Below, piece after piece: positions 40,424-50,314 of a stretch of DNA of 64,000 nt. Positions within the stretch are counted from its first letter, which is position 1. The number at the start of each line of letters is the position of its first letter. The notes beneath the pieces were generated by a model. That model made no database searches. It was not told the DNA's origin and was given only the letters and a program-made list of their open reading frames with translations. This stretch comes from an uncultured delta proteobacterium. Its GTDB lineage: Bacteria; Desulfobacterota; Desulfobacteria; Desulfobacterales; JAHEIW01. Both the position numbers and the translations under genes were made by a program. The stretch spans positions 224,001 through 288,000 of the forward strand of contig CAVPNL010000008.1 of assembly GCA_963706575.1 (NCBI GenBank). The letters are read 5' to 3'.

Positions 40424-42141
40424 TTTTGCCTCCCTAAGGTTTTAATTTGATCATGCGCAATAACCGTATCTGCCAGCACACTGAGCATTGGCAATTTGCC
40501 GTCTTCATGATCCTTAAGGTTGTACTCGAGCGTTCGGACAGCTGCCGGGATATATTTTTCAAAATGCATCTTTCCTTTAACGCGGGTCAAATGCCCAAAA
40601 GCACCCAAAATCTGAAGGTTGCGGGTCAAACAGCAATAGTGATAGCAGCGCTTGAAATTGTCGGCATCCAGTCTCATTTGACCTTGCAGTTTTTCCACCG
40701 CGTATGCCAGCAGCTGAGTCTGGATGTCTTGCGGCAAATCGACATAAGGATCAATCAGCAACGACGCCAGATCGTATTGGATGGGGCCCATGCGAGCCCC
40801 CTGAAAATCGATAAAAAAAATCTGATCTTTTTTAATCATAATATTGCGGGACTGAAAATCCCGATGCATAAGGCCCGGCAGCGCGTGTTTCAAGGCATTT
40901 TCAGCCAGATATTCAAATTCTTTTTTAAAATCCGCATACTTAATTTTTAAGCCCAGATATGTATTTAAGAAAGCATCCACAAAATAGCGGCATTCTTTTT
41001 CCAGAATCAGGCTTTTACCATAACGGGGTGTCTGGTAGCACCATGCGGTATCAAATTGATCGACACCGGATGCGGCAAATTTTGTGAGCAAATGAATCAC
41101 TCGTTGGTATAGGCCGATAACCTTTTCAAAAGGGTCGGTTTGCCGCACCGCCCCCTGCAAGTCAAGATTTCCAAGATCTTCCAGAAACACATAACCGGCA
41201 AAGGTGTCCGCCTCATAGATTTGCGGTACCGGCAAGCCCCTGTCAAAAAGATATCGGCCGATGTTTACAAAGGCATCGGCCTCATCGATCTGATCCGATT
41301 CCTTAATGCCGTGATCAACCAGAATCATTGATTTTTGGCCCATTTTTAAACGATACCATTGCCGGTCCGAGCCATCGCCTTTGAGATGCTCACGGCTGGC
41401 TGCCTGGATACGGTTGTCGGGAAAGGCCCGCTGAAACGTCTGCTGGGTCATGGTTTCAAACACGGTTAACTTATAGCGCTCGGGCGTACCGATATCTTTC
41501 CAATCGGCGTTGTGGGAGATATACGCTTTTATATTTTTCCCTTTTGCGAGCATACGGGCATAGGCATCAATACTGCTCGCCGGCATCTCGGGTGCGATGA
41601 ATTTTAGAATCTCCCGATCCAGCACCTGGATGCCGGTAAAGGTGAGCGCGGATTGCCTGGACCGATCGGGCGTGGTTGCGGGTTGATAAAATTTTGCGAC
41701 AAAACCATCGGCGTCGGTTATTATGCAGTTGAATTCGGGGTCGTCCGCCAGAACGAGGGTTACCGGATGTCCATGCTGAAGGTGAAAATCATAAACCGCT
41801 CTAAAATCGATTGCGGTGACAATGTCGGCGTTAATCACCATAAAGGGGTGATCATTCCAGAAATCTTTCACATTTATGATAGCACCGCCGGTTCCAAGGA
41901 TCTGGGGCTCATATCGGGTTTCTACCGGAATGGCATAGGTTTGTCGGGCGACAAACGCTTCAATTTGCGCATGCAGGTGATGGGTGTTGATCATAATTGA
42001 CTCACAGCCGGCCTCGATCAGTTTGGTGATCGTGATATCCAGCAGGGGCCTGCCGCAAATTGTGAAGAGGGGTTTAGGGGTGTGGTCTGTGTAAGGGCGC
42101 AGCCGTGTGCCCAGGCCTGCTGACAGAATCAATGCTTTCAT
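40420..42141 (-). CDS. Nucleotidyltransferase-phosphotransferase fusion (MurU-AmgK-like)
   Basis: N-terminal LSAGLGTRLRPYT..PKPL; C-terminal GDGSDRQWYR, EDLG, HRDFQSRN, IDFQGARMGP..YDLASLL. Confidence 0.88.
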   Translation of the reverse strand: MKALILSAGLGTRLRPYTDHTPKPLFTICGRPLLDITITKLIEAGCESIMINTHHLHAQIEAFVARQTYAIPVETRYEPQILGTGGAIINVKDFWNDHPFMVINADIVTAIDFRAVYDFHLQHGHPVTLVLADDPEFNCIITDADGFVAKFYQPATTPDRSRQSALTFTGIQVLDREILKFIAPEMPASSIDAYARMLAKGKNIKAYISHNADWKDIGTPERYKLTVFETMTQQTFQRAFPDNRIQAASREHLKGDGSDRQWYRLKMGQKSMILVDHGIKESDQIDEADAFVNIGRYLFDRGLPVPQIYEADTFAGYVFLEDLGNLDLQGAVRQTDPFEKVIGLYQRVIHLLTKFAASGVDQFDTAWCYQTPRYGKSLILEKECRYFVDAFLNTYLGLKIKYADFKKEFEYLAENALKHALPGLMHRDFQSRNIMIKKDQIFFIDFQGARMGPIQYDLASLLIDPYVDLPQDIQTQLLAYAVEKLQGQMRLDADNFKRCYHYCCLTRNLQILGAFGHLTRVKGKMHFEKYIPAAVRTLEYNLKDHEDGKLPMLSVLADTVIAHDQIKTLGRQK

Positions 42142-44756
42142 TGCAGTGTCTTTAATGATTTTTGAATGGCTTCATCGTAGAATTCGATTTTCTCAGAACT
42201 GTCGGATCCTTTTATGCCCTTGTTGGTGAAATAATCGATTGCATTTTGGTAACTGACTTTTGAAAGTGCTTCCGGACAATCAATTTCATGTCGTTTATAC
42301 ATATGTTTTCCGCTGGCCTCGATTTTTTTCAGGCGATCTTTCGCCGCCATCGAGTCTTGCGAGTTGTTCTGAAAAAAGCGTAATACGATCCAGTAGGATT
42401 CAAAATAGGTTTTTAGGAAAATGCAGTATAGTCTAAGCTTGCGAAAACCGGATGAGGTGACATTGTAGGTGTCAGGGATCGTTTGGTGCGGCATTAAAAT
42501 GGCGTCATCGATAAAGGCTTTGATGCTTTTGCGGACATAAAATTCAGGTGCTTTATCGATATCGTAGGCAAATTCAAATTTAAAGAGGTTTTGCAGAAAT
42601 CTGTAATTGGCATGCAGATCGGAAGCCGAAAATTGAAAGGCGTCTTTTTCAAGAATTGCCAGGGCCGTGAAGGCCGCCGGAATGAAAAACGCAATGCAAC
42701 TGTTTTTGTAGTATTCCAAAAACGGTCGTCGGGAAGCATTGATTAAATAACTTCTTTGGGAATACGGCAGATCCTTTTCTTTTGAAATCGGCTCTATAAA
42801 CTTGCTCTGGACAAATGCGTCCAGCGCATGTTGAATTGCACGCACATGGTCTAACATCAGTGTATCGGCCAGTTTGGCCTCCTGTGTCGCTAAATGGTTC
42901 AAGTAGGTTTCGGCAATCGACCTGATCTGGCTGTATGAAAACCGATCCCGGCCGCAGTTTAAAATCGCACCGGCGAGCAACCCATAGGCTGTAACAACCG
43001 CCGAGCGGTTGATCGCGTTGATGACCCGGTAGCCGAGATTGCGGCACAGTATATTTTGTTCCTTAGGCTTCATCTCTGCCAGGGGGGTTCCGAATTTTGC
43101 AGTCAATTCATTCATCGACAAGGGCTCGTCAAATTGGATGTAAATTTTACCGTAGCGCTTTTTTAAAAACTTTGTGGCGTTGAGAACGCCTTTCAGCGTT
43201 TCGGGTTCTTTTTTCCCGCCCTCGAGCTCCTGTAAATAAGACTTTTCCTCCAGAACGCGGTCATACCCGATATAAATCGGTACAATAATCATATCCTCGC
43301 AGGCGCCGCCTTTATAGGCATTGATGAGAATGGACAGCAAGCCCAGTTTGGGCATCAGCAATTTGCCGGTGCGGCTGCGGCCCCCCTCGATGAACTGTTC
43401 GATGTTATGTCCTTCTTCCAGCAGTTTGTAGATATATTCAGCAAAAACTTTTGAATACAGGACAGCACCGCGAAATGTCCGCCGGATGAAAAAAGCACCG
43501 CCGCTGCGGAATATCGGACCCATGGGCCAGAATGATAGATTTTTCCCTGCTGCCACCAGGGGAACCGGCATATTATTGTGATACAACAGGTAGGACAAAA
43601 TCAGATAATCGATATGGCTTTTATGACAAGGAATAAGAATTAACGGCCCTTTTAGAGCCAGCCGTTTGATTTTGTTCAGGGCATTATTGTTGACAGTGAC
43701 TCCGTCAAACATTGTGCGAATAATCCATCCGACCAGGGCCGAGAAAATTTTTATATAAGCCGGGTTATAGCCGGCGGCAATCTCCTCGATATATCCATCC
43801 GCTTTTTTGCGGACTTCGTGAATCGGAGTGTCCCGGCTCGTAGCGTATTTTTCCATAAATTCCTGAAACCGCTGGCCGGTCAGAATGCTTTCCTTTAATT
43901 CCTGTCTGGTTTTGAGGATCGGACCGGTAATCGTTTGGCGGTGGCGGTTCAGCTGAACCAATAAATTACGCCTCAATACCAGAGATTGATACTCAACCGG
44001 CTGGTTTCGGATAGATTCATCTTGCAGATACGTTTTAAGATTCACCGGCTCGGAGACCTCGAAAAAGACTTTGCCAGGATTTTTAAACAATCCAAACAGG
44101 CGTCGGAGTCTGCCCGGGTTGTCCTCAGGCCCGAATAAAATGTCGGTCAGGGTCGGAATCGACCGATGGGGGTTTTTGCTGAAAAACATGAGTTGTGGGA
44201 TGATATATACCGGATGCTCGGTCGTTTTTTGCAATTCGATCAGGTATTGAATGGGATCTGTTTTGGCTTTGATAAAGCGACGATAAAAGCCTTTTCGGCT
44301 GACCAGTGAAAGCATACCGGCCTTTCCCTCTAACAGGGTCTGAGCGACATAACCGCTTTTATAGGGGTTGGGAAAGGTCCGCTTGTGAATAAAGTAATCA
44401 ATGTGCGCCAGCATCATTTTAATAAGACGGGAAACTGGCTGCCAGAGATAGACTTGATAGTCAAAACCGATTTGCGGGCACGGCAGGTTGCTTTTCTGAT
44501 AGCGGCTGTAATAAAACAAATATTCAAAATAGCTTCTAAATTTGGTAGCGTAAACGACAACCGCATCGTCTTCAATTTGCTGTAAAACTGCGATCTGATC
44601 TTTGGTGGTTTTGATACCGGAATAGAATAATTTAAGAATGAGCGATGATAATGTGCCGAGTTTATCAGGCAGGTAGCAGCTGTAGTGGTTGTGGGTCCCG
44701 TTTAGTACTCGATGGATCCAATTGCTTGAATTTCGGCTTTGTTTTGCTGCCATCAA
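42138..44756 (-). CDS. plsB: Glycerol-3-phosphate acyltransferase
   Basis: PCHKSHIDY, GAFFIRR and FIEGGRSRTGK motifs. Confidence 0.92.
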   Translation of the reverse strand: MMAAKQSRNSSNWIHRVLNGTHNHYSCYLPDKLGTLSSLILKLFYSGIKTTKDQIAVLQQIEDDAVVVYATKFRSYFEYLFYYSRYQKSNLPCPQIGFDYQVYLWQPVSRLIKMMLAHIDYFIHKRTFPNPYKSGYVAQTLLEGKAGMLSLVSRKGFYRRFIKAKTDPIQYLIELQKTTEHPVYIIPQLMFFSKNPHRSIPTLTDILFGPEDNPGRLRRLFGLFKNPGKVFFEVSEPVNLKTYLQDESIRNQPVEYQSLVLRRNLLVQLNRHRQTITGPILKTRQELKESILTGQRFQEFMEKYATSRDTPIHEVRKKADGYIEEIAAGYNPAYIKIFSALVGWIIRTMFDGVTVNNNALNKIKRLALKGPLILIPCHKSHIDYLILSYLLYHNNMPVPLVAAGKNLSFWPMGPIFRSGGAFFIRRTFRGAVLYSKVFAEYIYKLLEEGHNIEQFIEGGRSRTGKLLMPKLGLLSILINAYKGGACEDMIIVPIYIGYDRVLEEKSYLQELEGGKKEPETLKGVLNATKFLKKRYGKIYIQFDEPLSMNELTAKFGTPLAEMKPKEQNILCRNLGYRVINAINRSAVVTAYGLLAGAILNCGRDRFSYSQIRSIAETYLNHLATQEAKLADTLMLDHVRAIQHALDAFVQSKFIEPISKEKDLPYSQRSYLINASRRPFLEYYKNSCIAFFIPAAFTALAILEKDAFQFSASDLHANYRFLQNLFKFEFAYDIDKAPEFYVRKSIKAFIDDAILMPHQTIPDTYNVTSSGFRKLRLYCIFLKTYFESYWIVLRFFQNNSQDSMAAKDRLKKIEASGKHMYKRHEIDCPEALSKVSYQNAIDYFTNKGIKGSDSSEKIEFYDEAIQKSLKTLQ

Positions 44757-45074
44757 ATTAACCTTTTTCTTGTTTAAACATCTGCTGCCCTGGATTTCGA
44801 GCTCAAGATTACGGTGATCGAATTTGGGTGAAGACCCATTTGTTTTACATGGATTTTGGAGGATTAAATGCTGGAGTCTGTCATCGTAATTAAAATTTTA
44901 TAAGATTTGAAATTAACAGAATAAATGATGCTTTGCAATATTTTATTCGAAACGCTAGTTTTTATTTGACGCCATAAACGAATCATATTAATAATACTAT
45001 GATATTCATCTGAAAAGCCAATCTCATCTTTGGAACTGATTTTAAGTCTTAAGTGAAAGGAGGTTAATGCGAAT

Positions 45075-45359
45075 ATGAAAACTTTAATTGGTGGCGCGAT
45101 TGCAGCGGCACTGGGTCTCGTTGGCCTTGTCATTTGGTGGGGACAGTTTTTAATGGTTCTGGCCGGCATAATCCCTGCGATGCTTCTGCTGGGCGGAGCT
45201 TTAGCCATTTATCTCGGCTTTGACGAACTCAAAGATAGCTGGAAAGACGATGAAACTCCCGAAGCCCCCCCTGAAAGCAGTGAAGGTGAAGAAGTAGAAA
45301 AATATAAAAAAGAAATTGATGATCTCAAAGAGGAGATCGAAACGCTTAAGAAAGATTAG
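45075..45359 (+). CDS. Small membrane protein with acidic coiled-coil tail
   Basis: RBS AGGAGG; two hydrophobic helices. Confidence 0.8.
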   Translation: MKTLIGGAIAAALGLVGLVIWWGQFLMVLAGIIPAMLLLGGALAIYLGFDELKDSWKDDETPEAPPESSEGEEVEKYKKEIDDLKEEIETLKKD

Positions 45360-45446
45360 CTGCTTTTGTTTTGAGAACCGATCAGGGCCCGGCAAGCGGA
45401 GATGCCGGGCTCTATTTGTACTCACAATGAAAATCCGGCCCCCGGG

Positions 45447-46097
45447 CTATGGAGACTTGTTTTTTGTGGAATCCTTGATAGCGGATGTCGCTAAGAAATC
45501 TGCCCGTTCATTGCCTTCATCGCCGGCGTGACCTTTGACCTTGACGATTTTTAAATTTTTAAACTTCACCATCGTTTTTTTTATCGATTGCACCATTTCA
45601 CGATTGGCTTTGGCCTTCCAGCCAAGTGTCAGAACCCCATAAGCATACTTGCTGTCTGTGAAAATCCTCACCGGAAGATCGGTTTTTTTCACTGCCAGCA
45701 ATCCCACCTGTATGGCCTTAAGTTCGGCGATATTGTTGGTTGCCAGGCCGATATATTCTGATATTTCTTTTTCATATTTGCCGAAGCGCATGACCACACC
45801 GATACCTGCCGGCCCCGGGTTGCCGGAAGAAGCACCGTCCGTAAAAATAAGAATTCCTTCCTTATCGCCGGTTTGAGCCATCGTCGTATTCTTTTCGATC
45901 TCTTTAGTTTTTGCCGAATCGGAATCGAGGGATTTTATATTGCTTTTGCGGACCCAGTATTCGTGAGTTTGATCGAGTTGATATTTGATCAAGACCTTGC
46001 CGTTTTCTTCAATAGGCTTTCCGGCACGATCGACGGCCAGCCAGACCTTGTTTTTTTTAAAACGCATTCGCTTCCATTCCGGCTTGGAGGGTTCCAC
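45447..46097 (-). CDS. rnhA: Ribonuclease HI with N-terminal extension
   Basis: FTDGASSGNPG, TNNIAEL, TDSKY and VKGHAG..GNERAD motifs. Confidence 0.95.
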   Translation of the reverse strand: MEPSKPEWKRMRFKKNKVWLAVDRAGKPIEENGKVLIKYQLDQTHEYWVRKSNIKSLDSDSAKTKEIEKNTTMAQTGDKEGILIFTDGASSGNPGPAGIGVVMRFGKYEKEISEYIGLATNNIAELKAIQVGLLAVKKTDLPVRIFTDSKYAYGVLTLGWKAKANREMVQSIKKTMVKFKNLKIVKVKGHAGDEGNERADFLATSAIKDSTKNKSP

Positions 46098-46156
46098 TTA
46101 TGGTTTCTCCCAAAGCTTTTTTTGGTGGCTTCAATTAGTCTTCTGGTTTTCGTCAT

Positions 46157-46248
46157 CAGGTTCAAAGGTTCAGAGGTTAAAAGATCTGAGAAAGAGGGCG
46201 GGTGTCATAAGTAACTTCTGAACCCTGAACCTCTGAACCTTTGAACCG
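46157..46248. repeat. Inverted tandem-repeat element (AGGTTCA / TGAACC), same family as 24.5 kb
   Basis: CAGGTTCAAAGGTTCAGAGGTT ... AACTTCTGAACCCTGAACCTCTGAACCTTTGAACC. Confidence 0.8.
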
Positions 46249-46251
46249 GTT

Positions 46252-47517
46252 TCACCTGTACAGGTGAAACCTTTTGCTGATTTCAGAAAATTCATCCAAT
46301 TCAGCTTGCCAGGATTCTACAATGTTCTCAACCGGTTCAAGGCTTTCAAGCCGATTTCGAATTTTCTGATTCCCGATAATCAGATCAATCGGCAGTCGCT
46401 GGGTTTCATATTCATAGGGCGGCTGTTTCCATTCGAAATCTTTTTTGTGATGCTTGATGACCGCCTGAAGCAGCCGCAGGCTGGTCTCATACGGCCGGAA
46501 TTCAACCGGGTCGGTGACATGAATCTGAAATCCCCTGCACGGGTGGGCCTGCCATTTGTTTGCGGTGGGCTCGAAGACAACCTCTCTGAGGATAATGCCC
46601 GGGATCGATTCGGCGTGAATCGTGGCAGCAATTTTTTCTGGACTTATATAAGGGGCGCCAAAAAGCTCAAAGGGCTGGGTCGTCCCACGGCCTTCAGAAA
46701 CATTGGTCCCTTCCCATATGACCTGGCCCGGATAAACCATGGTTGAAAAAGGGCTGGGAAGATTGGGTGAGGGTGGCACCCATGGAAGTCCTGTCTGCCC
46801 GTAAAACATCGGGCGCCGCCAGCCTTCCATTTGAATGACCTCAAGGCTACAGCCAAGCCCAAAGTGCTCATTGAAAAGATGCGCCAGTTCTCCGATGGTC
46901 AGCCCATGGCGCATGGGCAGTGGAAAGCGTCCGACAAACGAACGCCAGTCAGGTTTAAGGCAGTTCCCCTCGATGGTTAAGCCGTTAATCGGATTGGGAC
47001 GGTCAAGAACTACCACTTTCTTATTCAATGCTTCAGCGGCTTCGAGGCAGTAGGATAATGTGTATATAAAGGTGTAGACGCGGGTGCCGACATCCTGTAG
47101 ATCGACCAAAAGCACATCAATGGGGGCGAGCATTTCTTCGGTGGGAATACGGGTTTTGCCGTAAAGACTATACACCGGTATCTTTAAAACCGGCTCCTTC
47201 ATATCTGCGGATTCAATCATGTTGTCCTGTTTTTCGGCGAAAAAGCCGTGTTGCGGGGAATAAAGGGCCGTCAGCTTGCCCGGCAAGCGGCGATTTACCA
47301 GAAAGCGTGCATGATTGAGTCCCGGGTCTACTGAAGCCGGATTGCATAATAGCCCCAGACGGCTGCCCCCAACCCATTTTGGCGGCGATTCTAAGAATCG
47401 TTCCAATCCGGTACGTACGTTTCGCCAAAGTCCTCTCCTTTTTTTGGGCGGGTTCATAACCTCTTGTAATGACTCATAACTTTTTTGCGAATCGATACAA
47501 AGTGCCCGCAAAAGCAA
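46252..47517 (-). CDS. namZ: Exo-beta-N-acetylmuramidase NamZ (DUF1343); true start probably downstream (~47457)
   Basis: SPQHG, DLQDVGTRVYTF, LDRPNPI, RHGLTIGELA and SEGRGTT motifs. Confidence 0.9.
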   Translation of the reverse strand: MLLRALCIDSQKSYESLQEVMNPPKKRRGLWRNVRTGLERFLESPPKWVGGSRLGLLCNPASVDPGLNHARFLVNRRLPGKLTALYSPQHGFFAEKQDNMIESADMKEPVLKIPVYSLYGKTRIPTEEMLAPIDVLLVDLQDVGTRVYTFIYTLSYCLEAAEALNKKVVVLDRPNPINGLTIEGNCLKPDWRSFVGRFPLPMRHGLTIGELAHLFNEHFGLGCSLEVIQMEGWRRPMFYGQTGLPWVPPSPNLPSPFSTMVYPGQVIWEGTNVSEGRGTTQPFELFGAPYISPEKIAATIHAESIPGIILREVVFEPTANKWQAHPCRGFQIHVTDPVEFRPYETSLRLLQAVIKHHKKDFEWKQPPYEYETQRLPIDLIIGNQKIRNRLESLEPVENIVESWQAELDEFSEISKRFHLYR

Positions 47518-47685
47518 GTGCGCTAAAGTGCCTAAAATGTTCTAAAATGCCTAAAATTATGGTGTCGCTACGCTCCATCTTTTTTAATAAAATGGACAGA
47601 ATTCCTCAACTTTAGGCATTTTAGCTCATTTTTAAATTTAGATCATTTGCTTTTGTAGGCACTTTAGATCACTTTAGGCACTTTT
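47492..47685. repeat. CTAAAATG/CATTTTAG inverted-array element, copy 2
   Basis: AAAGTGCCTAAAATGTTCTAAAATGCCTAAAA-core-TTTAGGCATTTTAGCTCATT...GGCACTTTAGATCACTTTAGGCACTTT. Confidence 0.85.
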
Positions 47686-47725
47686 TTTATTATCACATTG
47701 CCGGGTGCATCAAAAGTGAAAAAGC

Positions 47726-47854
47726 TTGACATCACAGACAATAATTCATACAACATCAGGCTATTTTTGGTTTGGTTACCTGAATGGTTTGTCTTTTCTT
47801 AATCATATGGGAACGATTTTATCACGGCAACCCCAATTGAGTTAAAACTCAATT
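47726..47854 (+). promoter_or_regulatory. Putative sigma70 promoter and palindromic operator
   Basis: TTGACA-17bp-TACAAC at 47726-47754; perfect palindrome AATTGAGTT-AA-AACTCAATT at 47835-47854. Confidence 0.45.
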
Positions 47855-47875
47855 AGGATATTGAGTTGACATCCG

Positions 47876-48589
47876 GTGGAAATTAATTTGACAGGAATTG
47901 TTATTGTCGTCGGCAATTACGGCAGCGGTAAAACCGAGGTGTGTATTAACCTGGCGGTGCACCGTAAACTTGGCGGGATCGACGTTCGAATCGCTGATCT
48001 TGACCTGGTGAATCCGTATTTTCGAACGCGCGAAGCCAGAGGAGCCCTATCGGAGTTGGGAATTGAAATCGTCCTTCCACCGGAGCAATATTTGCATGCC
48101 GATCTTCCGATACTTAGCCCACGGGTAGCCGGGTTGATACGCCGACCCAGCCAGTTGGCACTGCTGGATGTTGGCGGTGATGATGTGGGTGCGACCATAC
48201 TGGCGACACTTGAGGACGAGCTTAAGGGAAAACCCCTTAGAGTTCTGCAGGTTATCAATCCGTTAAGACCATTTACCGAAACGGTTGAAGGCTGCCTCAA
48301 AATTCGCAACGAAATCGAACAGGCTTCCAGGCTGTCGATTGACGGTATTATCGGCAATGCGAATCTAATTGATGAAACCACCGTGGATGATATTAATGAC
48401 GGCTATGATTTTGTTAATGGCTTGTGCGAATCCAGCGGGTTGCCGCTTGAATTTATTACCGTCTCGCGAGAATTATTGTCGATCGTCGATTCCCGGCAAT
48501 TTGCCTGTCCGGTGCTGGCGATAGAGCGGCAACTGGTTCCGCCGTGGCAAAAACCTGTTCCGCTCGGGAAAACGGGCCCCTCGCAGTGA
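47876..48589 (+). CDS. P-loop ATP-binding protein preceding the 2-oxoacid oxidoreductase operon
   Basis: VGNYGSGKTE, DLDLVNPYFR and LDVGGD motifs. Confidence 0.85.
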   Translation: MEINLTGIVIVVGNYGSGKTEVCINLAVHRKLGGIDVRIADLDLVNPYFRTREARGALSELGIEIVLPPEQYLHADLPILSPRVAGLIRRPSQLALLDVGGDDVGATILATLEDELKGKPLRVLQVINPLRPFTETVEGCLKIRNEIEQASRLSIDGIIGNANLIDETTVDDINDGYDFVNGLCESSGLPLEFITVSRELLSIVDSRQFACPVLAIERQLVPPWQKPVPLGKTGPSQ

Positions 48590-48651
48590 CGCTTGCACTT
48601 TAATGCTTACGGCGCTATTATCGATCGGCGCGAGAAGTGTTATTGATTTTG

Positions 48652-48738
48652 TTCACCACAAAGCGCACAAAGTGCACGAAGATCAATGCAATATTTTTTT
48701 TACTTTCTACTTTGTGCCCTTCGTGAACTTCGTGGTAA
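48652..48738. repeat. Inverted 9-mer array element (CACAAAG/CACGAAG // CTTCGTG)
   Basis: TTCACCACAAAGCGCACAAAGTGCACGAAG ... CTTTGTGCCCTTCGTGAACTTCGTGGTAA. Confidence 0.8.
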
Positions 48739-48820
48739 AATTTCAATATGTAAACAGCCTATGTTGTTCAATATAGGTTACAAAGAACGGTATACAAACC
48801 TAGTGGAGGAGTTCTGATTT

Positions 48821-49054
48821 ATGGCTTATGAGCATTTTATCGACAAAGATCGATGCAAGGGTTGCGGTCTATGCGTAACCGTATGCCCTAAAAATGTCCT
48901 GGAAATTTCTAATGCGATCAACACCAAAGGCTATTTTCCGGCATTTCAGGCGCGCCCCGAGGATTGCATTTTTTGTGCATTATGCTGCACGATGTGCCCG
49001 GATGTTGCCATAACCATCAGCGAAATTGAAGCGGAAGCGGCAGGTGGTAAATGA
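48821..49054 (+). CDS. 2x[4Fe-4S] ferredoxin (delta subunit of 2-oxoacid:ferredoxin oxidoreductase)
   Basis: CKGCGLCVTVCP and CIFCALCCTMCP. Confidence 0.95.
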   Translation: MAYEHFIDKDRCKGCGLCVTVCPKNVLEISNAINTKGYFPAFQARPEDCIFCALCCTMCPDVAITISEIEAEAAGGK

Positions 49055-49131
49055 ATTTTGCACGAGTCAGAGGTTTTCATATTCGCATTAATTTTTATGC
49101 AAGATTCAGGTAAAAATAATTGGAGGAATAT

Positions 49132-50202
49132 ATGGGGAAAGTATTAATGAAAGGCAATGAAGCCATTGGCGAGGCTGCGATTCGGGCCGGCTGCTTGAAT
49201 TATTTTGCCTATCCAATCACGCCGCAATCTGAGGTTGCTGAATATCTCGCCCGGCGTCTACCGGAAGCCGGCGGCGTGTTTTTACAGGGCGAAAGCGAAG
49301 TTGCGGTATCCTATATGATTTTTGGTGCAGCGGCTAGCGGAGAACGGGTTTTTACGACTTCTTCCAGCCCCGGCGTCAGTCTGATGAGTGAAGGCATCAG
49401 CTATATTACCGCGGCCCAGTGTCCGGCGGTGTTTGTCAATATCATGCGCGGTGGGCCGGGACTGGGTGGTATCCTTCCTTCCCAGGCGGACTATATGCAA
49501 TCCGTAAAAGGCGGAGGGCATGGAGACTATAAACTGCTGGTCATGGCCCCGGCCAGTGTCCAGGAAGCCGTTGAGATGATGATGGGCGCATTTGCGCTGG
49601 CCGAAAAATACCGCAATCCGGTCATGATCCTTGGCGACGGGCTAATCGGCCAGATGATGGAGCCGGTGGAATTTCCGGATTCGCTCAAAGCCCAACCCAC
49701 CAACAAAGATGAATGGGCCACCAACGGCATGGACACCCGAAAAAGCAAGCAGCGCAATCTGGTTAAAACCCTTTATCTGGACCCGGAGGAGCTCAACGCC
49801 CACAATTTGATGTTAAAGGCCAAGTATGAGCAAATGGAACGGGAAGATGTGCGCTATGAGGCTTACAATGTGGATAAAGACTACAGCGTGCTCCTTGTCA
49901 GCTACGGTACCATGAGCCGTGTATGCCGTACCGCCATTGATAATTTGAAAGATCAGGGCTTGGAAGTCGGCATGATTCGCCCCCAGACATTGTTTCCATA
50001 TCCGAAAACCGCGATTTACGATGCAGCCGGCAAGCAAGGTTGCCGGGCGGTATTGTGTGTGGAAATGTGCATGGGACAAATGGTGGAGGATGTCGAGCGC
50101 AGCGTGGCCGGTCAGCTGCCGGTGCACTGGTACGGCAAATGCGGTGGCGAAGTTCCCACACCGGAAGAGGTGATGGAGGAAATTCGCAAAATAGTCGAAT
50201 AG
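49132..50202 (+). CDS. vorB: 2-oxoisovalerate-type 2-oxoacid:ferredoxin oxidoreductase alpha subunit
   Basis: LMKGNEAIGEAA, YPITPQSE, TTSSSPG and RGGPGLG motifs. Confidence 0.88.
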   Translation: MGKVLMKGNEAIGEAAIRAGCLNYFAYPITPQSEVAEYLARRLPEAGGVFLQGESEVAVSYMIFGAAASGERVFTTSSSPGVSLMSEGISYITAAQCPAVFVNIMRGGPGLGGILPSQADYMQSVKGGGHGDYKLLVMAPASVQEAVEMMMGAFALAEKYRNPVMILGDGLIGQMMEPVEFPDSLKAQPTNKDEWATNGMDTRKSKQRNLVKTLYLDPEELNAHNLMLKAKYEQMEREDVRYEAYNVDKDYSVLLVSYGTMSRVCRTAIDNLKDQGLEVGMIRPQTLFPYPKTAIYDAAGKQGCRAVLCVEMCMGQMVEDVERSVAGQLPVHWYGKCGGEVPTPEEVMEEIRKIVE

Positions 50203-50298
50203 TCAAATAGTCGATTGGTTGAATAGTTTTAAGGTTTAGCCGCAAGTCTTTTTTTCATCTAACCAATCATCCGATTAGCCATTCAACAAATCGACCAA
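50189..50298. repeat. Inverted octamer-array element (AATAGTCG // AACCAATC-like)
   Basis: AATAGTCGAATAGTCAAATAGTCGATTGGTTGAATAGTT ... AACCAATCATCCGATTAGCCATTCAACAAATCGACCAA. Confidence 0.65.
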
Positions 50299-50314
50299 AA
50301 ACAGGAGAACACCA

